A DNA stretch of 64,000 bases from contig CAVZSQ010000022.1 in assembly GCA_963777955.1 (NCBI GenBank), positions 544,001 to 608,000 of the forward strand. Reading direction: 5' to 3'. How positions within the stretch are numbered: position 1 is the first letter of the stretch; every line of letters begins with the position of its first letter. Of the stretch, positions 11,522 to 21,474 are shown piece after piece. A program made the translations under genes and the position numbers. Below the pieces are notes generated by a model. It made no database searches, was not told where the DNA came from, and saw only the letters and a program-made list of their open reading frames with translations. This stretch comes from Calditrichia bacterium. GTDB taxonomy: Bacteria; Calditrichota; Calditrichia; JAJRVZ01.

Positions 11522-12919
11522 ATGGATTGGCTTACTATTTTAATCATTGGCGGAATTGTCCTGGTGGTACTGGGTTTATTAGTTGTACTGCTGCGCCTGC
11601 AATACATGCGGGTTGGACCAAATGAGATTTTGATTGTTTCCGGTGGCAGGAAGAACATAATCACTTTGCCGGATGGCTCCACAAAAGAAATAGGATTCCG
11701 GTATAAAATCGGCGGCGGCGCCTTTGTAAATCCGCTGACCAAGCGCGCGGAAAAAATGCTTATTGAAGTTATCCCGGTTCAATTCAAGAGTCCTGTGTGG
11801 AGAACCCAAAATGGTATTCCGATCATAGCTGAATATGCAGCCCAGGTGAGTGTCAATATCTCTGATTATGCTCTCTATCTGGCGATTACCCATTTTCTCA
11901 GTAGCGGCCGGGAAGGCATACAGGCTGTGGCCAGCACTATTTTAGAAGGAAGAGTGCGTGAGGTAATCGGTACCATGACAGTAGAACAAATTCTATCGGA
12001 ACGTAAAGAATTCACCGAGAAGGTCTTCCAGGGTGTGCAGATGGATTTGAATAACCTGGGTTTGATCATGCAGTCTTTTGCCCTGGAAGATGTGAATGAT
12101 ACGCAGGGGTATATTGAGGCCTTGAGTAAGCCGCAGGTCGCGGCCGCCAAGTATGAAGCCGTCATGGATCAATCGGAAAAAGATAAGGAAATTGCCATAC
12201 GCCTCGCCCAGGTCAAGAAAGAAAGCGAAATTGCCCGTCTGCAGGCTGATGCAGAAGTTGCCGCGAAATCCTGGGAAAATGAAATCAAAAAAGCTGAATT
12301 ACAGGTGAACGTAAATCAGAAACGCGCTCATGCCGACATGGCTTATGAATTGGCACGCTTTAAAATTCAGCAGGATTTGACCAAAGAACAATACGCGGTC
12401 AAAAAAGTCGAGATGCAGGAAACGACCAAACTGGAAGAGATGAATATCGAGAAGAAACAAAAAGAACTGGATGCCAATGTGATCAAGCCATCGGAAGCCC
12501 GGAAAAAACAGGTTATGGCTGAAGCGGATGCCGAAAGTTACAGAATCCTCACTGAATCCAAAGGAAAAATGGAAGCGAAAAAAGCCGAAGATGCAGCCGA
12601 AGCAGAAAGAATAAGACTGATCGGGCAGGCAGAGGCAGAATCGTTAGCCAGCCGGGCCAAAGCTTATGAAAAGTATAACCAGGCGGCGCTTTATGAAAGA
12701 ACTCTGGATAAATTACCGGAATTGGCTAAAAATATAGCCGAGCCGCTTTCAAAATTGGATAAGATCGTGATGATTGCAAGTGATGGGAAATTGGGCACCA
12801 GTAAGATCACCGGACAGGTAACAGAAATCCTGGCTCAGTTGCCCGAAGTAGTCCAGGCCCTGACCGGTGTCGATCTGAAAAAATTCATGAAGGATAAATT
12901 GAACAAAGATGAGAAGTAA
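11522..12919 (+). CDS. Flotillin / SPFH-domain membrane scaffold protein
   Basis: N-terminal TM, 'GPNEILIVSG', SPFH domain, AEA-rich coiled coil, 'IAEPLSKLDKIVMI'. Confidence 0.9.
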   Translation: MDWLTILIIGGIVLVVLGLLVVLLRLQYMRVGPNEILIVSGGRKNIITLPDGSTKEIGFRYKIGGGAFVNPLTKRAEKMLIEVIPVQFKSPVWRTQNGIPIIAEYAAQVSVNISDYALYLAITHFLSSGREGIQAVASTILEGRVREVIGTMTVEQILSERKEFTEKVFQGVQMDLNNLGLIMQSFALEDVNDTQGYIEALSKPQVAAAKYEAVMDQSEKDKEIAIRLAQVKKESEIARLQADAEVAAKSWENEIKKAELQVNVNQKRAHADMAYELARFKIQQDLTKEQYAVKKVEMQETTKLEEMNIEKKQKELDANVIKPSEARKKQVMAEADAESYRILTESKGKMEAKKAEDAAEAERIRLIGQAEAESLASRAKAYEKYNQAALYERTLDKLPELAKNIAEPLSKLDKIVMIASDGKLGTSKITGQVTEILAQLPEVVQALTGVDLKKFMKDKLNKDEK

Positions 12920-12967
12920 TAATAATAGCTGAATCAGCCAGGCAAACATTAATTCACGGAGTGTATC

Positions 12968-15299
12968 TTGAGTTCGGATCGAATTAAACATATCAGTACG
13001 TCGCCCACCCTCAAAATTGCCGCCAAAGCGATTATGATGAAACGGGAGAAAATTGACGTAGTAGATTTCAGTGTCGGCGAACCGGATTTTCCCACACCGC
13101 AAAATATAAAAGATGCCGCCAAGCGTGCTATCGACAGCAACTTTACCAAATATACCGCCAATGACGGAATAATTGAACTGCGCCAGGCTATTGCCAGGAA
13201 GTTTAAAGAAGATAATCAGCTGGATTATGCACTGAATCAGATCATCGTTTCCACCGGTGCCAAGCAATCCCTGCTGAATGTGGTGCTCAGTCTGGTTAAT
13301 CCGGGGGATGAGGTCATTATCCCGGCTCCTTACTGGGTTTCCTATCCGGAAATGGTAATTCTGGCGGAAGGAAAACCGGTGTTTGTCCCGACCAGTGAAG
13401 AAAATGCTTTTAAATTGACCCCGGAGCAACTGCAGCAAAATATTTCAGCCAGTACCCGCGCCCTCATTCTTTGCTCGCCTTCAAATCCGACCGGTGCGGC
13501 TTACAGCCGCTCAGAGTTGGAAGCGCTGGCGGAGGTGATCGTCAGCGAGGACATCTGGATTATTGCCGATGAGGTTTATGAGAAACTGGTTTATGATGAT
13601 TTCAAATTCACCAGTATCGCAGTCTATCAGTTCGAAACTGAAAGAGAAAACCATCGTGGTTAACGGTGTCTCCAAGGCATACAGCATGACCGGCTGGCGG
13701 ATAGGGTATGCAGCCGGGGACCGGGAAATTATTGAGGGTGCCAGCAAGATTCAAAGCCATAGCACGTCCAACCCTTCATCAGTATCCCAGTATGCCAGCC
13801 TGGAAGCCCTGAGCGGACCTCAATATGAGATTTCCAGAATGCGTACTGAGTTTGAAAAAAGAAGAAATTATGTCTTGTATAAACTGGGTACCATACCGGG
13901 AGTTACCTGTGTCAAACCGGAAGGGGCCTTTTATGTCTTCCCGAACATATCATCTTATTTTGGCAAAGAACATGCGGGTACGCTGATCCGCAATTCGTAT
14001 GGACTGGCCTATTATCTGTTAAAAGAGGCAAAAGTAACTCTGGTTCCCGGTGCTGCTTTCGGTTCGGACGAGCATATCCGGATATCGTATGCGACTTCCA
14101 TGGCCAACCTGGAAAAGGGCATGGAACGGATAGCAACTGCTCTGGGCAAATTGAAAACACCCATGAAGGTAAAGGGGATTCAACTGGCTAATACACGGAC
14201 CCGGGTACAGAAAAAAGTCACGATTGAATCTGCTTTGAATGCCGAGAAGCGCGAAGCCCTGGTTGCCGAAGCCGAAGCACAGTTGAAGTATGAAAATTAT
14301 TATGAATGGAATGCCAATATAAATGGTTTAATAATTCAGTTGCGCACCAATAACCGGCACCTTTATGATTTCTGGATCGAGAACTGGTATCCTTCGCAAC
14401 TGGAGGCCGACCTGGAACCTCACGGTATCATCTATGCCGTTGATGGAGCGGTGGGCCGGGAATCCTACGGCTTTTACAGCGCCGAAACAAGCACCGGCAT
14501 CCTGTTCAATACGGATCTGTACAGTTCCGTGCGTTCGCTGGCCCTGGCCATGGTCACCGATATCGGAGAACGGCTGTTTGATTTGCATGCGATCCGGGGG
14601 ATGACCGGTGATTATCAGGGCAGCGGTTTTGCCTTGATGGGCCCCAAGGGGACAAAAAAGAATGAGTTGTTTTTCGAATTACTGCGTTCCGACCAGGTGG
14701 CCTGGCATTCCACCGACCTGGCTTTTGCACGCTATGGCGGAGGAATTGCGGCCGCTGATCTGCCTGAACGTAAATTATACCTGATGACTTACGCAGCAAC
14801 CTTGTATGAAAAATTGATCCCGTTATTTGAACGCAGCAGATGTGAAAATGTCATTATCAATAAAGAAGACTGCAAACACAGCAACTGTCCCGATGCTGAG
14901 GAATGCCTGCTGGATAAAGGATTTCCGTACTGTTTCCAGGCATCGAGGGATTCCTATGCGCTGGTCGATCCCTACTGGTTGGGAGGCATGCAAAAGCATG
15001 TTAAACGGATCGATCTGCGGACAGTTTTTATTCTGAGAAATGAACCGGTCGGAGAAATAATCAAAAAACTGGATGCCCAGGAAGCGGTGCAGATCCTGGA
15101 GAGCGGTCTGTCCAGGGATAGCGGCAACCAGCCGTTTTATAATCCCCATTTAATCCTGAAAACACCGGAACGACTGGCGGTGCAGCGCAGATTATTCGAA
15201 CGCCTGTTCCAATCGGCCAAATGTTTTCTGGTCAATACCGGTAAAGCCCCGGTGGATGAGATAAGTCAGCAAATCATACACGCTATACAGAAGGGTTAA
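12968..15299 (+). CDS. Class I PLP aminotransferase (AspC/AspB-like) fused to a C-terminal HPr-kinase/PEPCK-like P-loop domain; frameshift near 13625
   Basis: GEPDF, GAKQ, SPSNPTG, DEVY, SKAYSMTGWRIG (PLP Lys), RISYA; reading frame continues ~375 aa past the normal aminotransferase end. Confidence 0.85.
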
Positions 15300-15309
15300 A
15301 ATTCAAATT

Positions 15310-17148
15310 ATGGCTACAGCAAATTATAATATCGAACAATATAAAAAATTCTATCAGGAGTTAATCCCGCTGTTAAAGGGTCCCAATATCAAAACCGTTG
15401 ATTTGGACTGGTTAGAATCTCATTCCCGTGCCTTCGGCAATAAAACCAAATATGGTTCTTATATCTGGTCGTCCAAGGTCTCCAGCCGCCTGGCTGAGAA
15501 GACGGTATATCTTGGCAGCGAACCGGTGCGCCTGGCCAATCCGAGCGATGTGCAGGTCAACCTGGTAAATCAGGCGCCGGCACAACTGGAAAAGGTATTG
15601 CACTGGATTAAAACTCTGCCGTTCGTACATATCCGGCGGCAAATGGGCTGGAATAGTTATTTTAATCCCATCTGTGATTTCTATGTGAGTACGGTTGATC
15701 CCAAAAATGTCCGGCTGGCCTATATGTGGGCCAGTTTACTCTTTGAACCGTCCAACCGGCCCGGACCAAATTTTATCATGCTGCACATTCCCGAAGAACA
15801 TACCATGCGTATGCAGATTTTATCCCTGCCGGAGCAAAACCTGAATATCGCCATGGGTACCGATTATCTGGGGGAGGATAAAAAAGGATTTTTGCGCCAG
15901 GGAATGTGGAGTGCCGATGGCGAAGGAATGCTCGGGTTGCATTCCGGGACCAAAATTGTAACCGTGCGGGATGCTGTGGATAATAAATTGAAGCACTATG
16001 GCGTATTCATGTTCGGCATGACGGCTACGGGCAAATCGACCTGGTCCTGCCATCAAATAGGTCTGGATCCCCGCCATGGTGAAAAAACCGAAGTATATCA
16101 GGATGATATTGTTTTTTTGCGTTCGGACGGTTCGGCCCTGGGGAGTGAAAATAATTTTTATGTCAAGACCGATGTGATCCCCGATCAGCAGGAAGCCATG
16201 TATTATGCACTGACTGATAAAAGTGCCTTACTGGAAAATGTCATGTTTTCGGCCAATGGGGAAATAGATTTCCTGGATGAAAGCCTGTGCGGTAACGGCC
16301 GGTCTGTGGTGTTCCGGGATAAATTGCGGGTGAAGCGGGATGGGAAGCTGATCGGGATAAGTACAAACTCCATAAATTTACCGACCCTGGATGATATGGA
16401 TGGTTTGATCTTTGCATTTATCACCCGCAGAAACACGATCATGCCCTTTGCCCAGGAACTTACTCCACAGCAGGGGATATTAGCCTATTTGTGGGGAGAA
16501 ACCACCCATAGTTTTGCTTCTTCTCCGGAGAAAGCAGGGGAATCTGTGCGGGTGGTAGGAACAGACGACTTCATCATCGGGCCGCGCGGGCATAAAGTCA
16601 ACAAATTTTACGACATTGTAAATTCCCTCATCGAAAAATATCCCCAGAAGATAAAATTCATGATGTACAATACCGGTGGTATCGGCGAGATAATTGAAAT
16701 CAAGCAGGAAAACGGGACCAAGAAAAAGAATCTGATTCGTAAGACCAGTCGTGTACCGATCACGCTGATGGCGGCGATACAGCGCGGCGACCTGAGAAGA
16801 AGTAACAGTTATGAAAAAGGGTTGCTGGGGACCCGGTCATTAGTGAAGGTGGAGGGGAAGGATCTGGCCGATTACGATTTGAGTAAATTTTATAGCCAGG
16901 AGCAAATCGATTATTATTTGAAAGACCTGGTGGAAGGCCGGAAAAAACATACGGAATTAATCGCAGCCGAAGGATTACGGTCCGAAATCATTCGCGATGC
17001 AGAACGGTCATATCAAATCGACCGGACGCGAAGCAAGACCTTCCAGGCTGCTTACAGCGGAAAGCCGGAAAAACAACCGGTGGTACTGGTTAAATCCGAC
17101 GAACCGGTGAGTCGCCCCCGTCGTCCGGGTGTCTGGCACTGGCGGTAG
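15310..17148 (+). CDS. pckA: Phosphoenolpyruvate carboxykinase (ATP)-like protein, divergent
   Basis: GTDYLGEDKKG, LGLHSG, P-loop GMTATGKST, QDD, E.NFYVKT, LLENV, NGR, YNTG motifs of ATP-PEPCK. Confidence 0.78.
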   Translation: MATANYNIEQYKKFYQELIPLLKGPNIKTVDLDWLESHSRAFGNKTKYGSYIWSSKVSSRLAEKTVYLGSEPVRLANPSDVQVNLVNQAPAQLEKVLHWIKTLPFVHIRRQMGWNSYFNPICDFYVSTVDPKNVRLAYMWASLLFEPSNRPGPNFIMLHIPEEHTMRMQILSLPEQNLNIAMGTDYLGEDKKGFLRQGMWSADGEGMLGLHSGTKIVTVRDAVDNKLKHYGVFMFGMTATGKSTWSCHQIGLDPRHGEKTEVYQDDIVFLRSDGSALGSENNFYVKTDVIPDQQEAMYYALTDKSALLENVMFSANGEIDFLDESLCGNGRSVVFRDKLRVKRDGKLIGISTNSINLPTLDDMDGLIFAFITRRNTIMPFAQELTPQQGILAYLWGETTHSFASSPEKAGESVRVVGTDDFIIGPRGHKVNKFYDIVNSLIEKYPQKIKFMMYNTGGIGEIIEIKQENGTKKKNLIRKTSRVPITLMAAIQRGDLRRSNSYEKGLLGTRSLVKVEGKDLADYDLSKFYSQEQIDYYLKDLVEGRKKHTELIAAEGLRSEIIRDAERSYQIDRTRSKTFQAAYSGKPEKQPVVLVKSDEPVSRPRRPGVWHWR

Positions 17149-17174
17149 CAGCGGGTTACTAAGGGGAAAAGGAG

Positions 17175-17588
17175 ATGGAACAGACTCTGGCGATCATCAA
17201 ACCGGATGCGGTTTCAGACCGATTAATGGGTGAAATTATCCGGCGCCTGGAAAACGAGCATATCCGGATTGTGGCGATGCGCCTGGAAAAATTGGATCAG
17301 CGGCGGGCCGAAGGATTTTATTATATTCATCGCAGCAAACCGTTTTTTGCCTCGCTGATAAAATATATGACTTCCGGGCCGGTGCTGATCATGGTTTTAC
17401 AGGGGGCGGAGATTATCAAGCGCTGGCGGGATCTAATGGGCACTACCAATCCGGCGCAGGCAGGCCGGGGCACAATCCGGGGTGATTTTGGCAATGATAT
17501 TGAACGCAATGTGGTACACGGGTCAGACTCTAAAGATTCCGCAGTCTATGAAATCAATTATTTTTTTAAAGGCAGTGAGATATATTAA
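17175..17588 (+). CDS. ndk: Nucleoside diphosphate kinase
   Basis: TLAIIKPDA, GTIRGDF, NVVHGSDS. Confidence 0.97.
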   Translation: MEQTLAIIKPDAVSDRLMGEIIRRLENEHIRIVAMRLEKLDQRRAEGFYYIHRSKPFFASLIKYMTSGPVLIMVLQGAEIIKRWRDLMGTTNPAQAGRGTIRGDFGNDIERNVVHGSDSKDSAVYEINYFFKGSEIY

Positions 17589-17623
17589 GTATTATCCCGA
17601 GCATATAAAATAATATTTTTAAC

Positions 17624-18052
17624 TCAGAAACTCCGGCGTATTTTTTTCCACAATCCCGAACCGATCATATTATTTGCGGTCAGCAGTATATTCTTGATTA
17701 CGGTCAGAATATCCTGACTGCCGGCCCAATGTTCGCGTACAATGCCGGCGTCAATCTCATTGATATACTTATTGAGAATATAGGCGCTCAGGGCGATATC
17801 ATCCAGATAACCGATTGCGCCTAAAAACATTTCAGGCAAAAAATCAAGAGGAGTGACGAAATAGGCGATCACCGCCAGAAATTTTAACTTGGTCGTGCCG
17901 GATACCCGTTTATCGACACTCAGTTTAACCAGCAGATGAAACAGATCAGGCGCCAGCAAGAGAATATCGCCGTATTTTACATGATGCGTTTCCAGATAAG
18001 TATTAATTTTATTGCGCAACTTAATATAAAAATCTTGTTGTTGGGCATCCAT
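17624..18052 (-). CDS. DUF1232/YkvA family membrane protein
   Basis: 'AYFVTPLDFLPE...IGYLDD' signature. Confidence 0.85.
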   Translation of the reverse strand: MDAQQQDFYIKLRNKINTYLETHHVKYGDILLLAPDLFHLLVKLSVDKRVSGTTKLKFLAVIAYFVTPLDFLPEMFLGAIGYLDDIALSAYILNKYINEIDAGIVREHWAGSQDILTVIKNILLTANNMIGSGLWKKIRRSF

Positions 18053-18328
18053 AATTTTACCTACCAGACCTGGTTAATTATTATAGTTTCCTGTCTATGC
18101 TAATGTATATTGAGCTTAACCCCATGATATTTATTAAATTAGAGGATTACACTGATCTTACTCGCTGTATGGGAACTTCTCGGATTCATTTGAATTTACT
18201 TATTTTTTCTTTCTTTAACTTAGAATAAAAAAAGATTATTGTTTTTGCAAGTGATTTAAAAGTACTTGCTTGTTTTTGTTCAAGATATTAAATTCAATGC
18301 TCGATTTTTATAAATCTGGAGGTCGGTT

Positions 18329-18769
18329 TTGAAAACATATATTGCCAAAGAAGACGAAATCAAGGCGGCACAGAAATGGTACGTGGTCGATGCCACCGAT
18401 CTGATTCTGGGGCGGATGGCCAGTCGTGTGGCGGCGGTACTTAAAGGCAAGCACAAGCCCATTTATTCTCCGCACCAGGATACGGGGGATTTCGTGGTGG
18501 TTATCAATGCAGAAAAAGTAAAGTTTACCGGAAATAAACTGAAAACCAAGATCTATTTAAGATATACCGGATATCCAGGTGGTCAGCGGGCAACGGCACT
18601 GGGTGATATGATGCAAAAAGATCCCCGTAAAGTAGTAGAACTGGCGGTAAAACGGATGCTGCCCAAGAATGCTCTGGGTCGTCAGATGTTCAGAAAACTT
18701 AAAGTGTACTCGGGTTCCGCTCATCCACATGTTGCCCAGAAACCTGAAGCACTGACCTTAAATCTGTAA
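18329..18769 (+). CDS. rplM: 50S ribosomal protein L13 (TTG start)
   Basis: WYVVDA, LGRMAS, GKHKPIYSPH, RMLPKN; GGAGG RBS upstream. Confidence 0.97.
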   Translation: MKTYIAKEDEIKAAQKWYVVDATDLILGRMASRVAAVLKGKHKPIYSPHQDTGDFVVVINAEKVKFTGNKLKTKIYLRYTGYPGGQRATALGDMMQKDPRKVVELAVKRMLPKNALGRQMFRKLKVYSGSAHPHVAQKPEALTLNL

Positions 18770-18779
18770 GGAGATGGTG

Positions 18780-19166
18780 ATGGAGAGATACGTTGCGACC
18801 GGTCGCAGAAAAAATGCAGTGGCTCGCGTCTACATGCTGCCGGGTGATGGAAAAATCAGTATAAACGGAAAAAATCTGATTGATTATTTTCGCCGTGAAA
18901 CTCTGAAGATGGATATTGAACAACCATTGGTGCTTACCGATTCCTTCGGAAAATTTGATTTCAAGATTACGGTTAGCGGCGGCGGATTAAGCGGGCAGGC
19001 TGGTGCGGTTCGTCTGGGTATCGCCCGGGCCTTATTGTTGTACAGTGAAGATTTCCGCAGTATCCTGCGTAAAGGAGGATTGCTGACCCGTGACCCGCGC
19101 GAAAAAGAACGCCGCAAATATGGTTTGGCCAAAGCCCGCAAGCGTTACCAGTTCAGTAAGCGATAA
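18780..19166 (+). CDS. rpsI: 30S ribosomal protein S9
   Basis: TGRRKNAVARV, GGGLSGQAGA, C-terminal QFSKR. Confidence 0.97.
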   Translation: MERYVATGRRKNAVARVYMLPGDGKISINGKNLIDYFRRETLKMDIEQPLVLTDSFGKFDFKITVSGGGLSGQAGAVRLGIARALLLYSEDFRSILRKGGLLTRDPREKERRKYGLAKARKRYQFSKR

Positions 19167-19185
19167 TTATTATTCGTCGTCGCAG

Positions 19186-19213
19186 ACCTCCGCTCAGATC
19201 GGGAGGTTTTATT
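19186..19213 (+). terminator. Probable intrinsic terminator after rpsI
   Basis: ACCTCC-gctcagatcg-GGAGGT followed by T-run. Confidence 0.5.
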
Positions 19214-19251
19214 AAATACATTAGTTCCCGGCCGCAGCTGGCCGGGGATAT

Positions 19252-19347
19252 CACACACACCGGTTAAGCTCGTTCAGGGGTCTTATCACTGTATAAGCCT
19301 GACGGGAATTGAAACCGGTGGAGGAATAACCAATCAAAGGAGTTTTT
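19252..19347 (+). ncRNA. rpsB (ribosomal protein S2) autoregulatory leader RNA
   Basis: CACACACACCGGTT...GGGGT...AACCGGTGGAGGAATAACC directly upstream of rpsB; resembles the conserved ACACAC / GGGGU / GUGGAGG-AUAACC elements of the known S2 leader; CACCGGTT pairs with AACCGGTG. Confidence 0.7.
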
Positions 19348-20121
19348 ATGTCTCGAGTATCTTTAGAAACCCTGCTCGCTGCCGGATCCCATTTTGGACA
19401 TCTTACTCGCCGCTGGAATCCTAAAATGAAGGAATTCATTTTTATGGAGAAGAACGGCATTCATATCCTTGATCTTAAAAAAACCCAGGACAAAATTGAT
19501 AAGGCCTGCGATGCTGTGAGGAAAATTGTGGAAGAGGGGGAAGATGTACTGTTCGTAGGTACAAAGAAACAATCCAAGGAAATTATCCGGACCGAAGCCC
19601 AGCGCTGCGGGATGTTTTATATTACCGATCGCTGGTTAGGGGGTACTTTAACCAATTTCGGCACCATCCGTAAATCGGTAAAGCATATGAAAAATTTGGA
19701 AAAAATGGGCAATGACGGGACTTACGAGAAAATTACCAAGAAAGAAGTATTGCACATTGAGCGTGAAAAAGGAAAGATGAAGAAAGTACTGGATGGTGTG
19801 GAGGAGATGAAAAAACTGCCCGGAGTGGTTTTTATCGTTGATACTAAAAAAGAACAGATTGCAGTGAATGAAGCACGCAAACTGAACATCCCGATCATCG
19901 CTATCGTTGATACCAATTCTGATCCTACCATAATCGATTTTCCGATACCGGCTAATGATGATGCGGCCAGAAGCATCAGCATTATCAGTCGCACCTTAGC
20001 CGACGCGATCATCGAAGGTCGCCAGCAGGTAGTGGATAAACAACCGGATAAAGACGAGAAAGTGGTCGTCGAGGAAAAACCAGAAATCGTCGACCAGAAT
20101 ATTGAAGACGAGGAAAAATAA
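19348..20121 (+). CDS. rpsB: 30S ribosomal protein S2
   Basis: HFGHLTRRWNPKM, RWLGGTLTN, DTNSDP, PANDD. Confidence 0.98.
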   Translation: MSRVSLETLLAAGSHFGHLTRRWNPKMKEFIFMEKNGIHILDLKKTQDKIDKACDAVRKIVEEGEDVLFVGTKKQSKEIIRTEAQRCGMFYITDRWLGGTLTNFGTIRKSVKHMKNLEKMGNDGTYEKITKKEVLHIEREKGKMKKVLDGVEEMKKLPGVVFIVDTKKEQIAVNEARKLNIPIIAIVDTNSDPTIIDFPIPANDDAARSISIISRTLADAIIEGRQQVVDKQPDKDEKVVVEEKPEIVDQNIEDEEK

Positions 20122-20148
20122 TACATTTCGTTATTAAGGAGTAATACC

Positions 20149-20745
20149 ATGGCTGAGGTGAGTGCAGCGGCAGTAAAGGATCTTCGTGAAAAGACCGGTG
20201 CCGGTATGATGGACTGCAAAAAAGCCCTGCAGGAAGCAGGCGGCGACTATGAGAAAGCAGTGGAAATTCTCAGGAAAAAAGGGATTGCCAGTGCGGCAAA
20301 GCGCTCTGGCCGGGCAGTGAAAGAAGGACGGATTGAAGCCTATATTCATCCCGGGAGCAAATTAGGTGTGCTGTTGGAAGTAAATTGCGAAACCGATTTT
20401 GTGGCCAATACCGCTGATTTTAAGAATTTTACCAGGGATGTGGCAATGCAGATTGCTGCTTCAGCGCCGTTGTTTATCCGGCGCGAAGAAGTTACCCAGG
20501 AACTGATCGATAAAGAGATGGATATTTACCGGGAACAGGCCCGCCAGCAGGGAAAGCCGGAGAAGATACTTGAAAAAATAGCCGGTGGGAAACTGGATAA
20601 ATTTTATGCCGAGACTTGCCTGCTGGAACAGCCTTTTGTCAAAGATCCGGATAAAACCGTTCAGTCATTGCTGCAGGAAACAATCGCTAAACTGGGCGAG
20701 AATATTGATATCCGTCGTTTTTCCCGTTTTAAAGTCGGGGAATAA
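20149..20745 (+). CDS. tsf: Elongation factor Ts (short 198-aa form)
   Basis: LREKTGAGMMDCKKAL, EVNCETDFVA. Confidence 0.97.
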   Translation: MAEVSAAAVKDLREKTGAGMMDCKKALQEAGGDYEKAVEILRKKGIASAAKRSGRAVKEGRIEAYIHPGSKLGVLLEVNCETDFVANTADFKNFTRDVAMQIAASAPLFIRREEVTQELIDKEMDIYREQARQQGKPEKILEKIAGGKLDKFYAETCLLEQPFVKDPDKTVQSLLQETIAKLGENIDIRRFSRFKVGE

Positions 20746-20751
20746 TCTGCT

Positions 20752-21471
20752 ATGTCCGGAACTCCAGTATATAAACGTATTCTGCTGAAACTGAGCGGCG
20801 AATCGCTTACCGGTGAACGTGAGTTTGGAATCGACCCGGTCGTTTTGAAAAGTTTTGCCGATGAAGTAGAAACCGTTTATCGCGCCGGAGTACAGGTAGC
20901 TATTGTACTGGGCGGCGGCAATATTTTCCGGGGATTATCCGACGAAGCGAAAGAGATGGACCGGGTTCAGGCTGATAATATGGGTATGCTGGCTACGGTC
21001 ATAAACAGTCTGGCGCTGCAGGACGCCCTGGAAAAAAGAAAAATATTTACGCGGGTTATGACGGCCATCGAAATGCATAAAATCGCCGAGCCTTTCATCC
21101 GCCGCCGGGCTATCCGCCACCTGGAAAAAGGACGTATCGTTATTTTCGCCGGTGGAACCGGCAATCCGTATTTCACTACCGATACTGCTGCAGTATTACG
21201 AGCCATTGAAGTTGAAGCAGATGTGATTCTTAAAGGTACACGCGTGGATGGCGTGTATGACAGCGACCCTGAAAAAGTAAAGAATGCCCTTAAATTTGAT
21301 AAACTTTCTTATATGGAAGTGGTTCAGCGTGGTTTAAAGGTAATGGATACCACGGCCGTCACATTGTCCATGGATAATAAACTGCCGATTGTGGTTTTTA
21401 ATTTTAATAAGAAAGATAATCTGAAACGCCTGATATATGGTGAAGCAATAGGAACAAAAGTTCAGGAGTAA
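20752..21471 (+). CDS. pyrH: UMP kinase
   Basis: [26 protein letters not shown]. Confidence 0.98.
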   Translation: MSGTPVYKRILLKLSGESLTGEREFGIDPVVLKSFADEVETVYRAGVQVAIVLGGGNIFRGLSDEAKEMDRVQADNMGMLATVINSLALQDALEKRKIFTRVMTAIEMHKIAEPFIRRRAIRHLEKGRIVIFAGGTGNPYFTTDTAAVLRAIEVEADVILKGTRVDGVYDSDPEKVKNALKFDKLSYMEVVQRGLKVMDTTAVTLSMDNKLPIVVFNFNKKDNLKRLIYGEAIGTKVQE

Positions 21472-21474
21472 TCT

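Noticed and set aside
12749..13438. 229-aa minus-strand ORF
   Set aside because: Antisense to flotillin and the aminotransferase; no independent features.
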